Below are positions 37,498 to 51,392 of a stretch of DNA of 64,000 bases, in pieces. The notes under the pieces are model-generated. The model was not told the origin of the DNA and searched no databases. It saw nothing but the letters and a program-made list of their open reading frames with translations. Source of the stretch: Rhizophagus irregularis (taxonomy: Eukaryota); NCBI RefSeq assembly GCF_026210795.1, contig NC_089431.1, positions 372,001 through 436,000 on the forward strand, given 5' to 3'. Position 1 is the first letter of the stretch, and every line of letters starts with the position of its first letter. The translations under genes were made by a program, and so were the position numbers.

Positions 37498-38350
37498 AGC
37501 AATTGATTAAACAATGGTAAGAAAATTTCGAGCGAATTTTTCTTGCCATTGTTCAAAGTATACAATTGTTTATTTTTAAAGCAATTGATTAAACAATGGC
37601 AAGAAAAGTTCGCTCGAAATTTTCTTGCCATTGTTCAAAGTATACAATTGTTTTTTTTTCAAAGTAATTGATTAAACAATAGCAAGAAAAATTCGCTCGA
37701 ACATTTCTTGCCATTGTTTAACTCAAGTCTATTGTTTTTTTTTAAAGCAATCGATTAAACAATGGCAAGAAAAATTCGCGCGAATTTTTCTTGCTATTGT
37801 TCGAAGTATATCATTGTTTATTTTTAAAGCAATTGATTAAACAATGGCAAGAAAATTTCGCTCGAACTTTTCTTGCCATTGTTCAAAGTATACCATTGTT
37901 TTTTTTTTCAAAGTAGTTGATTAAACAATGGCAAGAAAAATTCGCTCGAACATTTCTTGCCATTGTTTAACTCAAGTCTATTATTGTTTTTTTTTAAAGC
38001 AATTGATTAAACAATGGCAAGAAAAATTCGCGCGAACTTTTCTTGCTATTGTTCGAAGCATACCATTGTTTTTTTTTAAAGCAATCGATTAAACAATGAC
38101 AAGAAAAATTCGCGCGAACTTTTCTTGCTATTGTTTAAAGTATACCATTGTTTTTTTTAAAGCAATTGATTAAACAATGGTAAGAAAAATTCGCTTGAAC
38201 TTTTCTTCTTGCTATTGTTCAAAGTATATCATTGTTTTTTTTTAAAGCAATTGATTAAACAATGGCAAGAAAAGTTCGCGCGAACTTTTCTTGCCATTGT
38301 TCAAAGTATACCATTGTTTATTTTTAAAGCAATTGATTAAACAATGACAA
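37493..38350. repeat. Tandem array of ten ~83-bp units plus a partial unit, each with a ~44-bp palindrome
   Basis: Core aacaatggcaagaaaagttcgcgcgaacttttcttgccattgtt, perfect in unit 10 (~38258-38301). Confidence 0.95.
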
Positions 38351-38830
38351 AGAAATATTTATTGAATAAATAAAACATAAATTTGTTAACAAGATATCCA
38401 TTATCTCAATTAATTTAACGAAATTTGGCCAAAAACCAAAATTTTTACTATTATCAGACACGCAAATTTAATGATTACATATTTATATCTGTGTACCCGC
38501 CGTAACATATACCTATATGTATAAAATCATAACATTTAACCGTAGTACCAATCATATGTATGTTTATCGCAACTGGTTCAATTACGTCAAAAAAATTATT
38601 ATTTTACGACAAAAAAAAATTTGAAATTATCGTTTATTTATTATAAAACCAATATAAAGATTTATTGAACTCGAAAATATTAGCGATTGAAACTTAATTT
38701 TCCTTAAATTTAGGCCTTTATAAAGTTAAAAGTAAATTGACATTCCCGATCATCAAAATAAATAAAAATTTACGAAAACTTTATTCTTATAAAGATGAAA
38801 AAATGTTATTTTATTATCAGCTTGCAGTTA

Positions 38831-41800
38831 TTACCAGTTTGCATATTTGTCTATTATATAATAATTTTTTTTATCATACACTTCAAAAAATCCAACAGTT
38901 CTATCAATACCAATTACTTCCACATATTGTAGAGGACCGAAGCAATCAAAAAATTTTAAATTTCCAATATTTTTCTCCAATTTTTTGATTTTTCGAATAT
39001 ATGCAAACATTCGTTCTTGATTTTGCATATTATGGAGCATGAAATATTCAACTTGTCCAAAAGTCTTCTCTTCTTGTTCATCAATAGTTAAGTTAATCTA
39101 TAATAAAATTTTCTGTTTAATATTTGAATGATATTTATAATAATTATAAAATCTAATTATCAATTTCTTACAGCGACACAATAATCATTTCGACTACTAT
39201 CATTTTCTTTTTTCCACCATTTAGAAGATACAATATTGCCATCTTTTGTACGAAGTTTCCCATACTTCATATAACTTTCTTCAATGTCCTAAATAATAAA
39301 TAATGATATTACATCTGTAAAAGTATTCAAAAATAAATAAATATACAATGCAAAGTAGTTATAATTAAAAATTACTCTAATATCCCTGGCGTTTTTTTGG
39401 AATATAGCTGCATAGCATTGCTTTAATTTTATAGCCTCATTTTTTGTTAGTTTACAATTAACACACGGAGAATAAAATTCATACTGATTATCATATACAA
39501 TACTAGACTTTACCCTATGCGATGGCCATGTTTTTTCCTTTTCTTTGAAATTGGAAAAAACTTTTTCATCATACGTTGGTAAAAATTGTAGATACTTAAA
39601 CCTTTCTTGCAGCAACACATTATTAATTAAATTCACATATGGAAGTTTTCGAGAGCTAATAAGTGGAATTAACATTCCACAATACCTTTCCATCGGAAAT
39701 TGCCAAAATCCACGACAAGGACCAAGATCTTCAATACAATCTCCTATATGCAGAGAGTAATGAAAAGAAATTAAATACACCGGCAATCTTTCTCCTTCTA
39801 ACCCGTATGAACTATTATTATAAAAAGACATGTTAATTAATGTATAAAATATTATTATATAATTCCATAAAGATGATACCTTGCATAATGATTATAAAAT
39901 TGTATCAATAAATTTCAGATTTTATCTAGATCTTCAAAATCTATTCGAGGTTGAATACATAACTGAACAGCTTCAACAAAATTTGACCATCCTAAGAAGT
40001 AACTATTATTTTAAATTATTTAAATAAGCTTTCCTATATTATCAATTTTTTTACAATTAACTCTTTTTATTTATTATTACCTTTGTATGTGGCAGCCTTC
40101 CTTTTAATAATGGTAAAGAAAATAAAATAATCCAATTTGCCCATTCCACAGCTTTAAACCCAGCCGAATGTTTAATGATATTGCGTGGAGGACGTCCAAT
40201 ATCAGATGGCATATTAGATCTATTTTTTTCCATGATTTCACCAATTTCAATCCATGTTTTAGAACTTATTGTATAATTATTTGAATTCTGTTCATCATTT
40301 TTTGGATAGAATTTTCCTATCCAATGTCAAAACATGTGAGGTGCAATGTTTTCGAAAAAAAGGTGCATTATATCTACTGGAAATGAACGCGGAAATTTTA
40401 TAGAAGATAACTCAAATAATATACTCTTTCCTTTAATTCCTAATTTTTTTTTATTAAACAAGAATTTTAAAAATTCAGAAAATATATTAATCAATTTCAC
40501 TATGAGTTTATTTAAAATATTGAACTAACCGCAGTTACGTATATAAGTTTCTCTACGATCTCCTTTCAGATGTTCTATTTGATTTATGCTAGTCAGCATC
40601 TCATCATGTGTTCGAATTGGTAATCGTATAGGATCAATATTTTGTTGTAATGGATAATATACATGTCTATTCATTTCATTTAAAGTTCCTCGAAGGTTAC
40701 AGAATCTGCAACCTGAATATGAATTATGTCCCGTTAAATATAAAATTTTTGAAAGAGCAGGAAGATCTCCAGTCCAAGCTAATATGTGAGCACGTAAAGT
40801 AAAATATTTTTTTTTGTTTCCATCATAACATAATATCCCATCTGTAAATACAAAAATATGATTAATAAATATTATATTAATTATTATTTTTCATATTTTT
40901 TAATATACCTTGTAACATTTTCATCTCTTGAATTAATGGATAGAGAAATGAATTAAAATCTTGAGGTTGTTTTGGCCCTGGGATTATTAATGTTACCATT
41001 AAATTTTCTTTTTTTACCCTTAATTCTTGAGGCAAATTATTATTTATAAAAAGAAATACCCAACAGTCATCAGTTTTTTGTCGAAATATTTGATAACCGT
41101 CACAAGATGCAGTAAATGCAACATCTCTAGGATTGGGAAAATATGCATCATTTAATAACTCTTTATAAATCAGCCCATCAAAAATATCACCTATGTCCCT
41201 ATGAACAAGATCTCCTATATTATTAGTATAGTTATGCCTATATAATAATTCTTTGGATCTTTTAGAGTTTTTAAATTGAAGCTTTAAATGCTCAATTATA
41301 GAGACAAAAGGTAAATTTTTTCTTGATTTACCATTACTATAATATCGGTCCTCTTTACAAAATTTACACTTTCTTTCATTTTCTAAAACTCCTACGAACG
41401 CACAACATGAATTGACACACATATCGTATATTTTTGGTTCAATTCCTACTATCGAACCAAGTATTTTTTTATTTTATTTAAGCTCATTTTATTTCTATTG
41501 AAAGCTTTATATATATTATTAAATGCAGCTTCAGAAAAATTAAAATTTGATTTCACATATAAAAGCCTTAATCCTTCAAGCAATTCATCAGAAATAATTG
41601 TATTATCTAAAAAATTTATCATTATTGTTAATAAATAGTTAATGTATTTAAATACTATTAATAATTTATTTTGGAATTCACCTTCTTCATTATCAGCATT
41701 AGAATTTATGTTATCAGATTCTGATTCATTTTGAGAATCAGAAATTGAATCATCATTTTCATAATAATAATAATGATCATTTTCATAATTATTAGTTTTC

Positions 41801-42147
41801 TCATTTTCTTCATTTTGGAAACTAAAATCATCATTAGTTTCTTCTGGAATTTCTTCATTATCACACATTTCCATATATGATCGTTCATTTTCTTCTTCAT
41901 TATCACTTGTCACCATAAATGATCGTTCATTTTCTTCATACAAGTCTTCTTCACGTAAGTTTTCTTCGTATAAATTTTCCTCTTCAGAATGATAAAAATT
42001 TTCTTCAGGATGAAGTCTTTGGTATTCATCTTCTAGAGCTTGTGCCTCTTTTTCTTCTAATAAATGTCGAGCTACTGTTGTTCTATGAAGTACTCTTCCC
42101 TTACCATTTGATAAATTTAAACAATGTTTACATTCACACTTAGGCAT
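38831..42147 (-). pseudogene. CACTA/EnSpm Tnp2-family (Transposase_21-like) transposase pseudogene
   Basis: MCVNSCCAF, SCDGYQIF, IIPGPKQPQDFNSFLYPL, GDLPA, SGCRFC, DIMHLFFENI, FKAVEWANW, HYSLH...FWQFPMERYCG; introns; frameshift ~41465 and in-frame TGA ~40327. Confidence 0.9.
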
Positions 42148-42875
42148 AATTTCAATTAGGAAAAAAATATATTTATTTAATGGTTTTTTAATTTAATAAA
42201 GTTTATTATATGTATTTGGAGAGTTTTATCACATATAATTTGTTAGTACTTTCTTTGAATTTGCTTTCTTTATATATATATTCGAGAGTTTGGTATATTA
42301 TCCCGACACTTTAAAATCTAAATCCCGACATTTCATAAGCCTGACACTTAATAAGCTCGAAATACAAATATCGAAATGAAAATCTTGAAATTTATTATAA
42401 CTGATTTCATAATGTACGGGACTTAGCAAATTTTAAAGAACTCGAAAATATTCGGTAATATTCGGTAAAGCTCAAAATAAACTCTAAAATTAACGTATAA
42501 CATAATTATATTATATAGTATATACAATTATACTTTATACTACGCCATCATATATATGTGTATATATGTCCTGTGTTATATATCTTTTCTACAATAACCT
42601 GACTAGCCGAGTAACCCGAGTACCCGACAATCCCGACAATAAATGATGGGCTGAAATCTGTTCTTTTAAAGTGTTTGTGCCCCTATGATCGCTACATATA
42701 GGCAGGTCATGTTTCACATTGTTTCACGTATCTGTTTACACGGGGGATGTATGTGATTTTAATTTATCACCTGATGTTAATAAACCCCAGTCATCATAAA
42801 AATCCATGTATTTTTCCTACTTTTTTCTCTTTAACATTTATACGTTTACGATACGTTCGATACTTTTACGTGACT

Positions 42876-43437
42876 ATGAGCAATAATAATGATCTCCAAG
42901 AACAATTGGACCTTATCAAGAAACAAAATGAAGCTTTATTGGAAAAAATAAAGTATGTGTATGAAAAATAAGGATTTTTATGCAACTCTTCATAAATTTT
43001 ATTAAAAAAAAATTTATTTTCAGTTCTCTGGATAGTACTTTTTCGTTTCCCACAACAATAACAAGTTATAATAGACCTTCTACAGCGTTAAGTTTCCAAA
43101 GGCCTTCCTCCACAGCGAGTATGCGAAGACCCTCCACGTCATTCACAGTGAGTACGCAAAGACCCTCCACATCGTCGTCCATAACTTCTGTTGCTGTAAG
43201 CCCTTCCACATCATTCACAGCGAGTATGCGAAGAGCCTCCACGTCATCGTCCATAACTTCTGTTGTTGTAAGCCCTTATTATTATTACTGTATTTAATTA
43301 TTTAAGTTATTTATTTATTTTTTAAATATATCATTAAAAGGCACATAGTTTTATACAAAAGCCAAAAAAGAAGTATATTTCAAAAGCTGATATGTTAAAC
43401 ACGTTAAATATTTCGAATGAAGTGTATACAACATGTG
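42876..43437 (+). pseudogene. 5' portion of a multi-exon gene with Ser/Thr RPSTS repeats, truncated at the CACTG terminus
   Basis: MSNNNDLQEQLDLIKKQNEALLEKI / SLDSTFSF...RPST repeats / ...KPKKKYISKADMLNTLNISNEVYTTC, then cactggtc. Confidence 0.6.
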
Positions 43438-43884
43438 CACTGGTCGAAATCATTTCTTTCGGCATTAATACCTTTCGTCAAAAGTTCGTCATTGTCGTCA
43501 CGTGATTCGTCACACATTCGGCTAATTACAAAATTCAGAAAAATTTCAGCATAAATCAACTGGTCGATTTTTGGTCAATTTTTGGTTGAGCTGTAACATA
43601 AAAAAAAACCATAAATCGACCAATACTTCTTTTTTATCGATTTTTATTAATAACAACGATCGACTTAAAACTTTTTTGACAATTTTTAACCGATTTTTTA
43701 ATTAATTTTAATTAATATCAATAAATAATAATGACATATAAGTAAAATAAGAAAACACTGAAGTTAAAGATTCGTCAAATTTTATTGTAAATCAATTTAT
43801 TCGTATTATTTATTATTAAATAATCAATTCCATAAAATTCGTTAAACAATTATTGTAAAGAAAAATTCTGTAGCTTTTAGTAAA

Positions 43885-44767
43885 TTACTGAATGTGAAAC
43901 TTGCGATTTAATGGATTTATCGCTAAATATTCAGTTGCGTTGCGGTTAGAAGAAATTTTATATTTAGCGGGCACAAATCGGCAAAGAATGTTGTGTACTG
44001 GAATAATACAATCCCTACTTTCAGGAAAAAAATCTGTTTTCCATAATTCAACATTGCATGTTTCCGTTTCTTCAGTATCATCAATACTAAAATGATACTG
44101 AATATTTGCTGTGTTTGCTGGTCGGTACCATTTAATAAAAGCCAAATAATGCTCAGTAGGTCCATTTGGCAAGTCAATTTCATGCTTGAAATAATACTGG
44201 ACTTGTCCAGGATAATGATCGACTTCTCCATCAGTCGTTATGAATTTGGCTAATACATATGAACTTTTTATGTGTCAAAATGACAACGCGGAGCCAAACA
44301 CCTCAGATCCAATATGACATCTCCCAAATTTATCCATTTTTACACGAATAGTTATCGCATCTTGCTCTATAGCATCAGATGGTTTTCGGAAATTATACAT
44401 TTCATATGTAGCAATATAATAATCGATCATTAAATCAAGCATCGATTGTGATAATACTACATTTTCGGAAGTAGGTCTTAACATTTCACCAGGAAACGCT
44501 TCGCATCTAGTAACAGTAGATTCCTGGATATTTTTTGAATTTAGCCAAAACCTTTCCATTTCATCTGAAGCGAATTGGTCATTTTCTGATAGTGATCCAA
44601 CGGTAGGATGATTTTCAAGTAATTCAAGACCTTTCATCTGAGCGCTAGAAGTAATGATATCTCTGATTCGGTTATCATTCATTAATCGACGCATTAGTTC
44701 TGGTTCAATTTTTCTGTTACTGTTCGGTAATGATCCTAAGGGTTGTATTTAAAAGAAAATTTAAAAC

Positions 44768-44819
<52 letters not shown>

Positions 44820-47087
44820 GGCCAGTGTATCTTACCGAGTATTCCATTCATGCATTCGAATGAAAAACACTAGAACGCATACAATGGGCCGAAATTATAA
44901 CAACATTTAGACAAATAAAGCGAGAGATGTAGATTCGGCGTAATTTTATTCCTGCCGTATTGTACCTCAATGAGCTTTATTATTTTAACAAGTCGTCTAT
45001 GGGCTTCCTGCAACATGTTGGATTCTATAATCCGACTTACCAATATCGAACAAATTCTGACAAAATGAGTCAGAATTTTTCTATCTTTAGCTGAGAGATG
45101 GTCCCAAAGCGATACTGTGGCATAAATTGTGAAAAAATTTCGCCACTGGTCAGCAATGAAGTTAGAAAATCCTTCCCCGCAGTTGATTTTGCTAGGAATT
45201 CGACCCAAATCGACCGGAACTTGAAATTGATTCATTTGTTTTTGAACTTCATTGAGCATACTTGAAGTTAAGATTCCCTGATCGACCCAAATTCGCTTCA
45301 CAATCCATTTTGCAATGCCTAAAAATAGACAATGCATTGGATCAACGATAGTGAACGAATTGGGTCGAAATAAGGCAAGCAAAGTAGTTCTGACCATCTT
45401 ACTCCAGTCTGTTTAACGAATCTCTTTCTTGATGCGTCCGAATTACACCGTCGCCAGCCAAGTGCGTTTTGGAGATGTTCGTTTGAATCTCTGGCAACAA
45501 ACCAATCCTCCATATCTCCCATTCCAGCAAAATTATGCTGATGATTTTCATAATTTGCCTTTTTCTGGCATCGGTGACAAGAAACCAATGCAGAAACGTG
45601 CCCACAAATTTTTCTCGCAGCAGGTATATCGCACGAAACCATTATCAACGCTGCACGAATTTTTTTTCCTAACTGATGCTCGTATATTCGATTTAGAATA
45701 ATCCCTTCCCAGAGGGATATCAGCTCATTAACGATTGGTGCAAGGTAATGATTAATTTTATGTAGACTCACTTCGTTTGGATCCAGTAGCATTCCAAGGA
45801 GCAGCAAGTTTTCTCGCTTAAATCGTATGTTACACGGCAAATTACATATAACTGCATAAATGGCTCCGGTACTATGATTAGTTCCATTGAATGGCTGAAA
45901 TCAGTCAACATTCAACATGAGGCCAAGATGCGAGTCGGCAACCTCATTTCGGAAAAAATTTAACAAATCATCATTGTTTGTATCTTTGAATTCTTTCCAT
46001 ATTCATCAATCATAAATATCGGATAAAATATTATCCGAATTTGATCGATTTGCCCAATGTCGGAGGGATTTCTCAAATTCAGGTCGACAAAACATATCAG
46101 AAAGTTGTTGTCGAAATCCAGCAAATGGGTATATTGATTCGGCTTGAACTCTTGAAACATCGATTTGTCGTGATAAAGGTGTGTCGCAAGTGCGTGTACC
46201 TCGGTGAGACGAGCATTTCATAACCGATAAACTCTCGTTTTGACGAAAGTTTTCTACATCCTGTTTATTATAGAGTTTGTGGCATTTTGTACATGGAACA
46301 AATCTCTGAAATCGGTCTTTTAGGCCAAGTACTTTTTTCGCTAGGTAAAGAGAATCTGGAAAAGTTCTAAAATTTTCACCACCGATTTCGTTTAGAACTA
46401 TTTTCATGAACTTTATTAAAGATTCGGTTGCCGTTTCTGGGATATTGTATGTTATACGGTAGTTCATTATCCATAATAAAATCCATGAAAATTTATCATC
46501 GATCGGATTTTCTTCGGCATCCATGTTGGCTTGATACGGAGGAGGTGAATAATCTTCAAAAATTTTGTTGTAAGATTCATTATTTGATTCGCTACCCAAA
46601 GACATTTCAGTGTTTTGTTCGCTAGTATTATATACGTCCGATTCGATATTCAAACTTGTTGATTGAGGCATAGGATGGCTTGTATATCTTACGCGCCTCC
46701 GAGGTAAAAAAGAACAATTAACATCTATGTTCCTGGGTATTTGTAACCTTTGACTTTCGGTGTATCCCCGAAATCTGACCCTGATGTCAAAGTCTGATGA
46801 ACGTCAACATTTACTTGAGGTAATTCAATATTTTCGGTAATGTCTTGTTCACTAGTTTCTTGAATTATCGAAAGAGATTCGTCCTCACTTGATTCGTCTT
46901 CATTCGAATCATTCGTTTTACCTCCTGTCTCGTGTAGAAGCTTTGTTCGTTCCAATACCAATTTTCCATTACAATTATTGCAATAACAAGGAACTTTCTT
47001 CCTTTTGCGAGGTTTTTGGAACGAATGTCTACGTTCATTTTTTTTTTGATTGCCAAGAATGCTTGAAACCGATCTCCTTCTTGTCAT
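43885..47087 (-). pseudogene. CACTA/Tnp2-family transposase pseudogene
   Basis: DIYD, LGLMLNVD*FQPF, RFKRENLLLLGML, SCDIPAARKICGH, VDPMHCLFLGIAKW, ADQWRNF, ITPNLHL..FGPLYAF*CFSFE; several stops and frameshifts. Confidence 0.9.
44769..44817. repeat. (AAT)n microsatellite inside a transposase intron
   Basis: About 16 perfect AAT units between acceptor ~44737 and donor ~44835. Confidence 0.95.
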
Positions 47088-47180
47088 TTTCAATTGACGA
47101 GTTTTGAAGTTAATCGCTTCAATAAATCAAATAATCGTTTAAAACTTTACTACAATTTGTAAAAATTTAACGTCAATTCG

Positions 47181-47633
47181 ATTAATTAATTAATTTAACT
47201 GCGGTCGTACTAAATCGAATATTTTGATATCAATTTGATAAATTAAATCGGTTAAAATTTGCAAAAGTATATTGTACTTGATAAATCATTTTTAATTAAT
47301 TAATTGATTTAACTGCGGTCGTACTAAATCGAATATTTTGATATCAATTCGATAAATTAAATCGACTAAAATTTGCAAAAGTATATTGTACTCGATAAAT
47401 CATTTTTAATTAATTAATTAATTTAACTGCGGTCATACTAAATTGAATATTTTGATATCAATTCGATAAATTAAATCGGTTAAAATTTGCAAAAGTATAT
47501 TGTACTCGATAAATCATTTTTAATTAATTAATTGATTTAACTGCGGTCATACTAAATCGAATATTTTGATATCAATTCGATAAATTAAATCGACTAAAAT
47601 TTGCAAAGTATATTGTACTTGATAAATCATTTT
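47181..47633. repeat. Tandem array of four 114-bp units between the divergent genes
   Basis: aactgcggtc recurs at 47197, 47311, 47425, 47539. Confidence 0.95.
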
Positions 47634-47941
47634 TGTTGAAAAATTAAAATCGATGATCATTTCGGTTCAGAAGACACGATAAATAAACTTTTATTTATCA
47701 AATCAGCTTGTGAAAGTTTGTCAAAAGCTTAATAATAAACTTATAAATTCTATAAAAACTCGTCTGATCATTAACTCGTACGTTCTCTTTTTCTTTTCTT
47801 CTCATCTCATTGAAATTTAAGATAATTTTATTTCATTTTCATAATAACTGGTAATTTGTAACTTTCGACCATATGATATATAATTACTTTTGATTTGCAA
47901 TTTCCTATTTTAACCGTAAGAAAATTTATTGATATATAGAA

Positions 47942-50900
47942 ATGAGCCAAAACAAGAAAAAATCGTCAAATAAAAGAAAACTTAACAAAGCATCTAAGAA
48001 AGTGAACCGGGACCGAACTTCAACTACAGTCAACTCTCTTTATAGTCACACATTTGGGACAGTTCATATTTGGTGATTATAAACAGATATGACTATATAA
48101 AAAATTTCTTATATTAGTATATCATAATTCCGGCCAAAAATTAACATAATTTTAGCCAAAATTATACTTAAAACTTTATTGTATCGTAACTCCGCCAATA
48201 TTAATCGTAGAGAGACGATCTTACCGCCATTCGATTCGTCTTGATGAGACGGTTCTAATGGTATAAAATACATCGAAATCCAATCACTGGATTAATTTCC
48301 GAAATTAAAAAATATGGTTTTTGTGTAAGAACTCTGCCAATATTGATCCTAGAGAGACAATCTTACTACCATTCGATTCGTCTTAATGCGACGAATCTAA
48401 TGGTATAAAATACATCGAAATCCAATCACTAGATCATTTTCCGAAATTAAAAAATATTAAATGGTTTTTAAGTAGTAACTCCGTCAATATTGATCACAGA
48501 GAGATGAGCTTACCACCATTCGATTCGTCTTGATGAGGCGATTCCAACGAGCTATTAATCGTCTTTTTACAATCACTAGGTACTGAGAAATTTAGCAAAA
48601 TGTTAAATGGCGCAGTAAACGTAAATCAAGAAATATAATAATGCCGATGCTTAACATTTTGTTGAATAACTCATCAGCCAGTGATCGCAAAAGGATAAAA
48701 CTACCACCATTCGATTCATTTCAGTGAGACGATTCTAACAAGCTATGATACATCTTTGTACGATTATTAGATGCCAAGTTATTTAATATATTTTTTATAT
48801 AACTGTGATTATAAACGGTTTTTTTTAATATAAGATTTTTGAGGATAGGTGTGATAGTGACTATAGATAGATTGTGACTATATAGGATAGTTTTTAATAA
48901 TAAAGTGTTTTGAACATTCAACTGGTGTGACTATATAGTAGAATGTGACTATAACGGGAGTGACTATAGAGGGAGTTGACTGTACTCCTAATACCGGACA
49001 AACTTCAACTACTCCTAGTACCGGACAAACTTCAACTACTCCTAATACCGGACAAACTTCAACTACTCCTAATACCGGACAAACTTCTATCCCCAAAAAA
49101 AGTTGATATATTGATTGTTTTACGTTATTCCGTTCCGTTATTCAAAGGTGTATCATTTATACTTACTATACCAAAAAAATTAATTAATACAGAAATGAAT
49201 CAATACGAAAAATCTGCAGTAAAAAATAAAACACCTGATGAAGAAATCGTCGAAGTGGATCGTGGACAAGCTTCAACTACTCCTAATACCGGACAAACTT
49301 CTACCCCCAAAAAAAGTCGATATATTGATTGTTTTGCGTTATTCCGTTCCGTTATTCAAAGGTGTATCATATATACTTACTATATCAAAAAAAATTTATT
49401 AATACAGAAACGAATCAATACGAAAAATCCGCAGCAAAAAATAAACCATCCGATAAAGAAATCGTCAAAGTGGATCGTGGACAAACTTCAACTACTCCTA
49501 ATACCGGACAAACTTCTACCCCCAAAAAAAGTCGATATATTGATTGTTTTGCGTTATTCCGTTCCGTTATTCAAAGGTGTACTTACTATATCAAAAAAAT
49601 TTATTAATACAGAAACGAATCAATACGAAAAATCCGCAGCAAATAGAGACGAACTGTCTGATGAAGTAGAAATCGTCAAAGTGGCTCGTGGACAAACATC
49701 AACTACTCCTGCTACCGGCCAAGTTTACCAAAAAAATTATCGAGATCTATTTGTCCTTGATATAAGTCAAGTTCTAATGGAATCTCGTCAAAAGTCAAAA
49801 ACAAGTCAAGATCTGGAAGAATCACATACCGATAAAGAAATGGCCAGTGCGCATTTTCCGAAAAGTTCTTTTGAACATACCAGAACTATTAAACCACAAG
49901 AATTGTCTTTATCTCGAATGCCGCACAGGGATTCCTTATCACGAGAGTTTTTACCATATGATTTTTCTTCGAGTTCCGTTGAACCATCAGAATCATTGGC
50001 GTATAGATACAATAATAGTGATTATGAAAAGTTGAAGAGAGGTAATGAACTGTGACACATTTTAATGTACTTAACGAATTTTTATCAAATATTTTACGTT
50101 ATTTAGAACATAGTCGGCTCTGTGACGAGCATGCTTATTTACAAGGCAGAATGTGCGAAGTCTATAGAGAGTTAAAAGAAATTAAAGGTGAATTAAATGA
50201 ACTTCGGCAAGATTATATCAAATTACATTCCCATAATAAGTATATCAATCACGAAAATGAAGTTCTTCGAGCTGAGATTAATAATCTCAAATCACAAATA
50301 TCGAGCCAAGATGATGCCGATGTCGAATCATTGGAAAGTGAAAGTAACGACAACGATAATAGACCTGGCAAAAAAAGAAAAGTCGCGAGACGTCAAATTG
50401 ATCAATCAGACGACGATTCTGAAACTGATGAAGAAAATGCTAGAGTTCGTTAGAGATCGACAGATTTTGCATTTTACACGATTTGAATATCCTTCTTACG
50501 AATCTTTTATAAATTATTATAGACTGAAATGAAGGTAATATTAAAAACGATGCCTCCCGAATTAACGTTAAGATACGACGAAAAATTTACAAATGAGATG
50601 AACGCGGACATTTTACGACAATTAATACCACGATTGATTGCTTCCATGAAGCCTCGATTTAGTCCTTTGTATAAGCAGATAAACGATTGGTTAGCTGCCT
50701 TACACAAGCATCGTAGAGCATGACTTTTATATGTTGAGCGAGGTGTAATTGATAAAGATAACAGAAGACTGCATAAAAACAACAGATTGAGCGAGGTAGA
50801 ATCTGTCTTTTTACTGTCATTTCGAAATTGATACTAAACATTCGTTATATTTCAGAAAAAATCGCGTAGAGTCAAGGGTGCTATTTCCCTTTTTAAACGT

Positions 50901-51392
50901 AATGACGATCAAGTAAAGGATTATGATAAGACAGAGGTCCTAAACATTCTGAAAGATACTCGCTACCATTCACCTGAAGACTCAGAAACGGATAAAGAAC
51001 AACCGGATAGTAAAAGAAAAATTATCGTTTATAACCTTAGTTGGCGTTCCGATGAGGTATAATAATCTTTTTTTTATCATATTTTATTAAAAACATCAAC
51101 TAATTTTATTTGTTTTAATGACTTTATGACTTTACAGCTTATCAATTTTCTCTGAAACGTCTTGGATATTCACGTATTTTCTCTACAGACGGCGCAATTA
51201 ACGAGGAGGAGAAACTATAATGACGAAAGCTATTGTATCACCTCACGACACCCTAAAAATGCTCCAGAATGGGCATACAAAACTCAAAATATGCCCGTCG
51301 ATACGGATTTTTCTGGTCCTGATACTCCGGCTGAAAATTGTGAATCGCAGTCACAAACTGATGATAATACTCAAACCGAACATAATGATTGA
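47942..51392 (+). pseudogene. Accessory (ORF2-like) gene of the CACTG element, disrupted by a MITE and stops
   Basis: ATG 47942 (MSQNKKKSSNKRK); 27-bp and ~225-bp internal repeats at 48985-49720; coiled-coil; later exons LHKHRRA*, RYHSPEDSETD, YNLSWRSDE, HPKNAPEWAY. Confidence 0.7.
48027..48982. mobile_element. Tc1/mariner-type MITE, intact copy (956 bp)
   Basis: caacTA|cagtcaactc ... gagttgactg|TActcc; inserted into the TA of the host repeat cttcaactactcct; non-coding. Confidence 0.95.

Noticed and set aside
37493..38350. CRISPR array (palindromic repeats at regular spacing)
   Set aside because: Intervening sequences are themselves near-identical rather than unique spacers; no cas genes; eukaryotic context
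38496..42746. CCCG...CGGG termini for the first Tnp2 element
   Set aside because: Only 4 bp of inverted match with two alternative right ends and no TSD
48236..48282. Hammerhead ribozyme (TTGATGAG...CGAAA) in the MITE units
   Set aside because: The core starts with U rather than C, stem II does not pair cleanly, and the motif is buried in a competing palindrome
48721..48921. 66-aa ORF conserved in both MITE copies (also 34420-34620)
   Set aside because: Non-ATG start, no transposase motifs; conservation just reflects two recent copies
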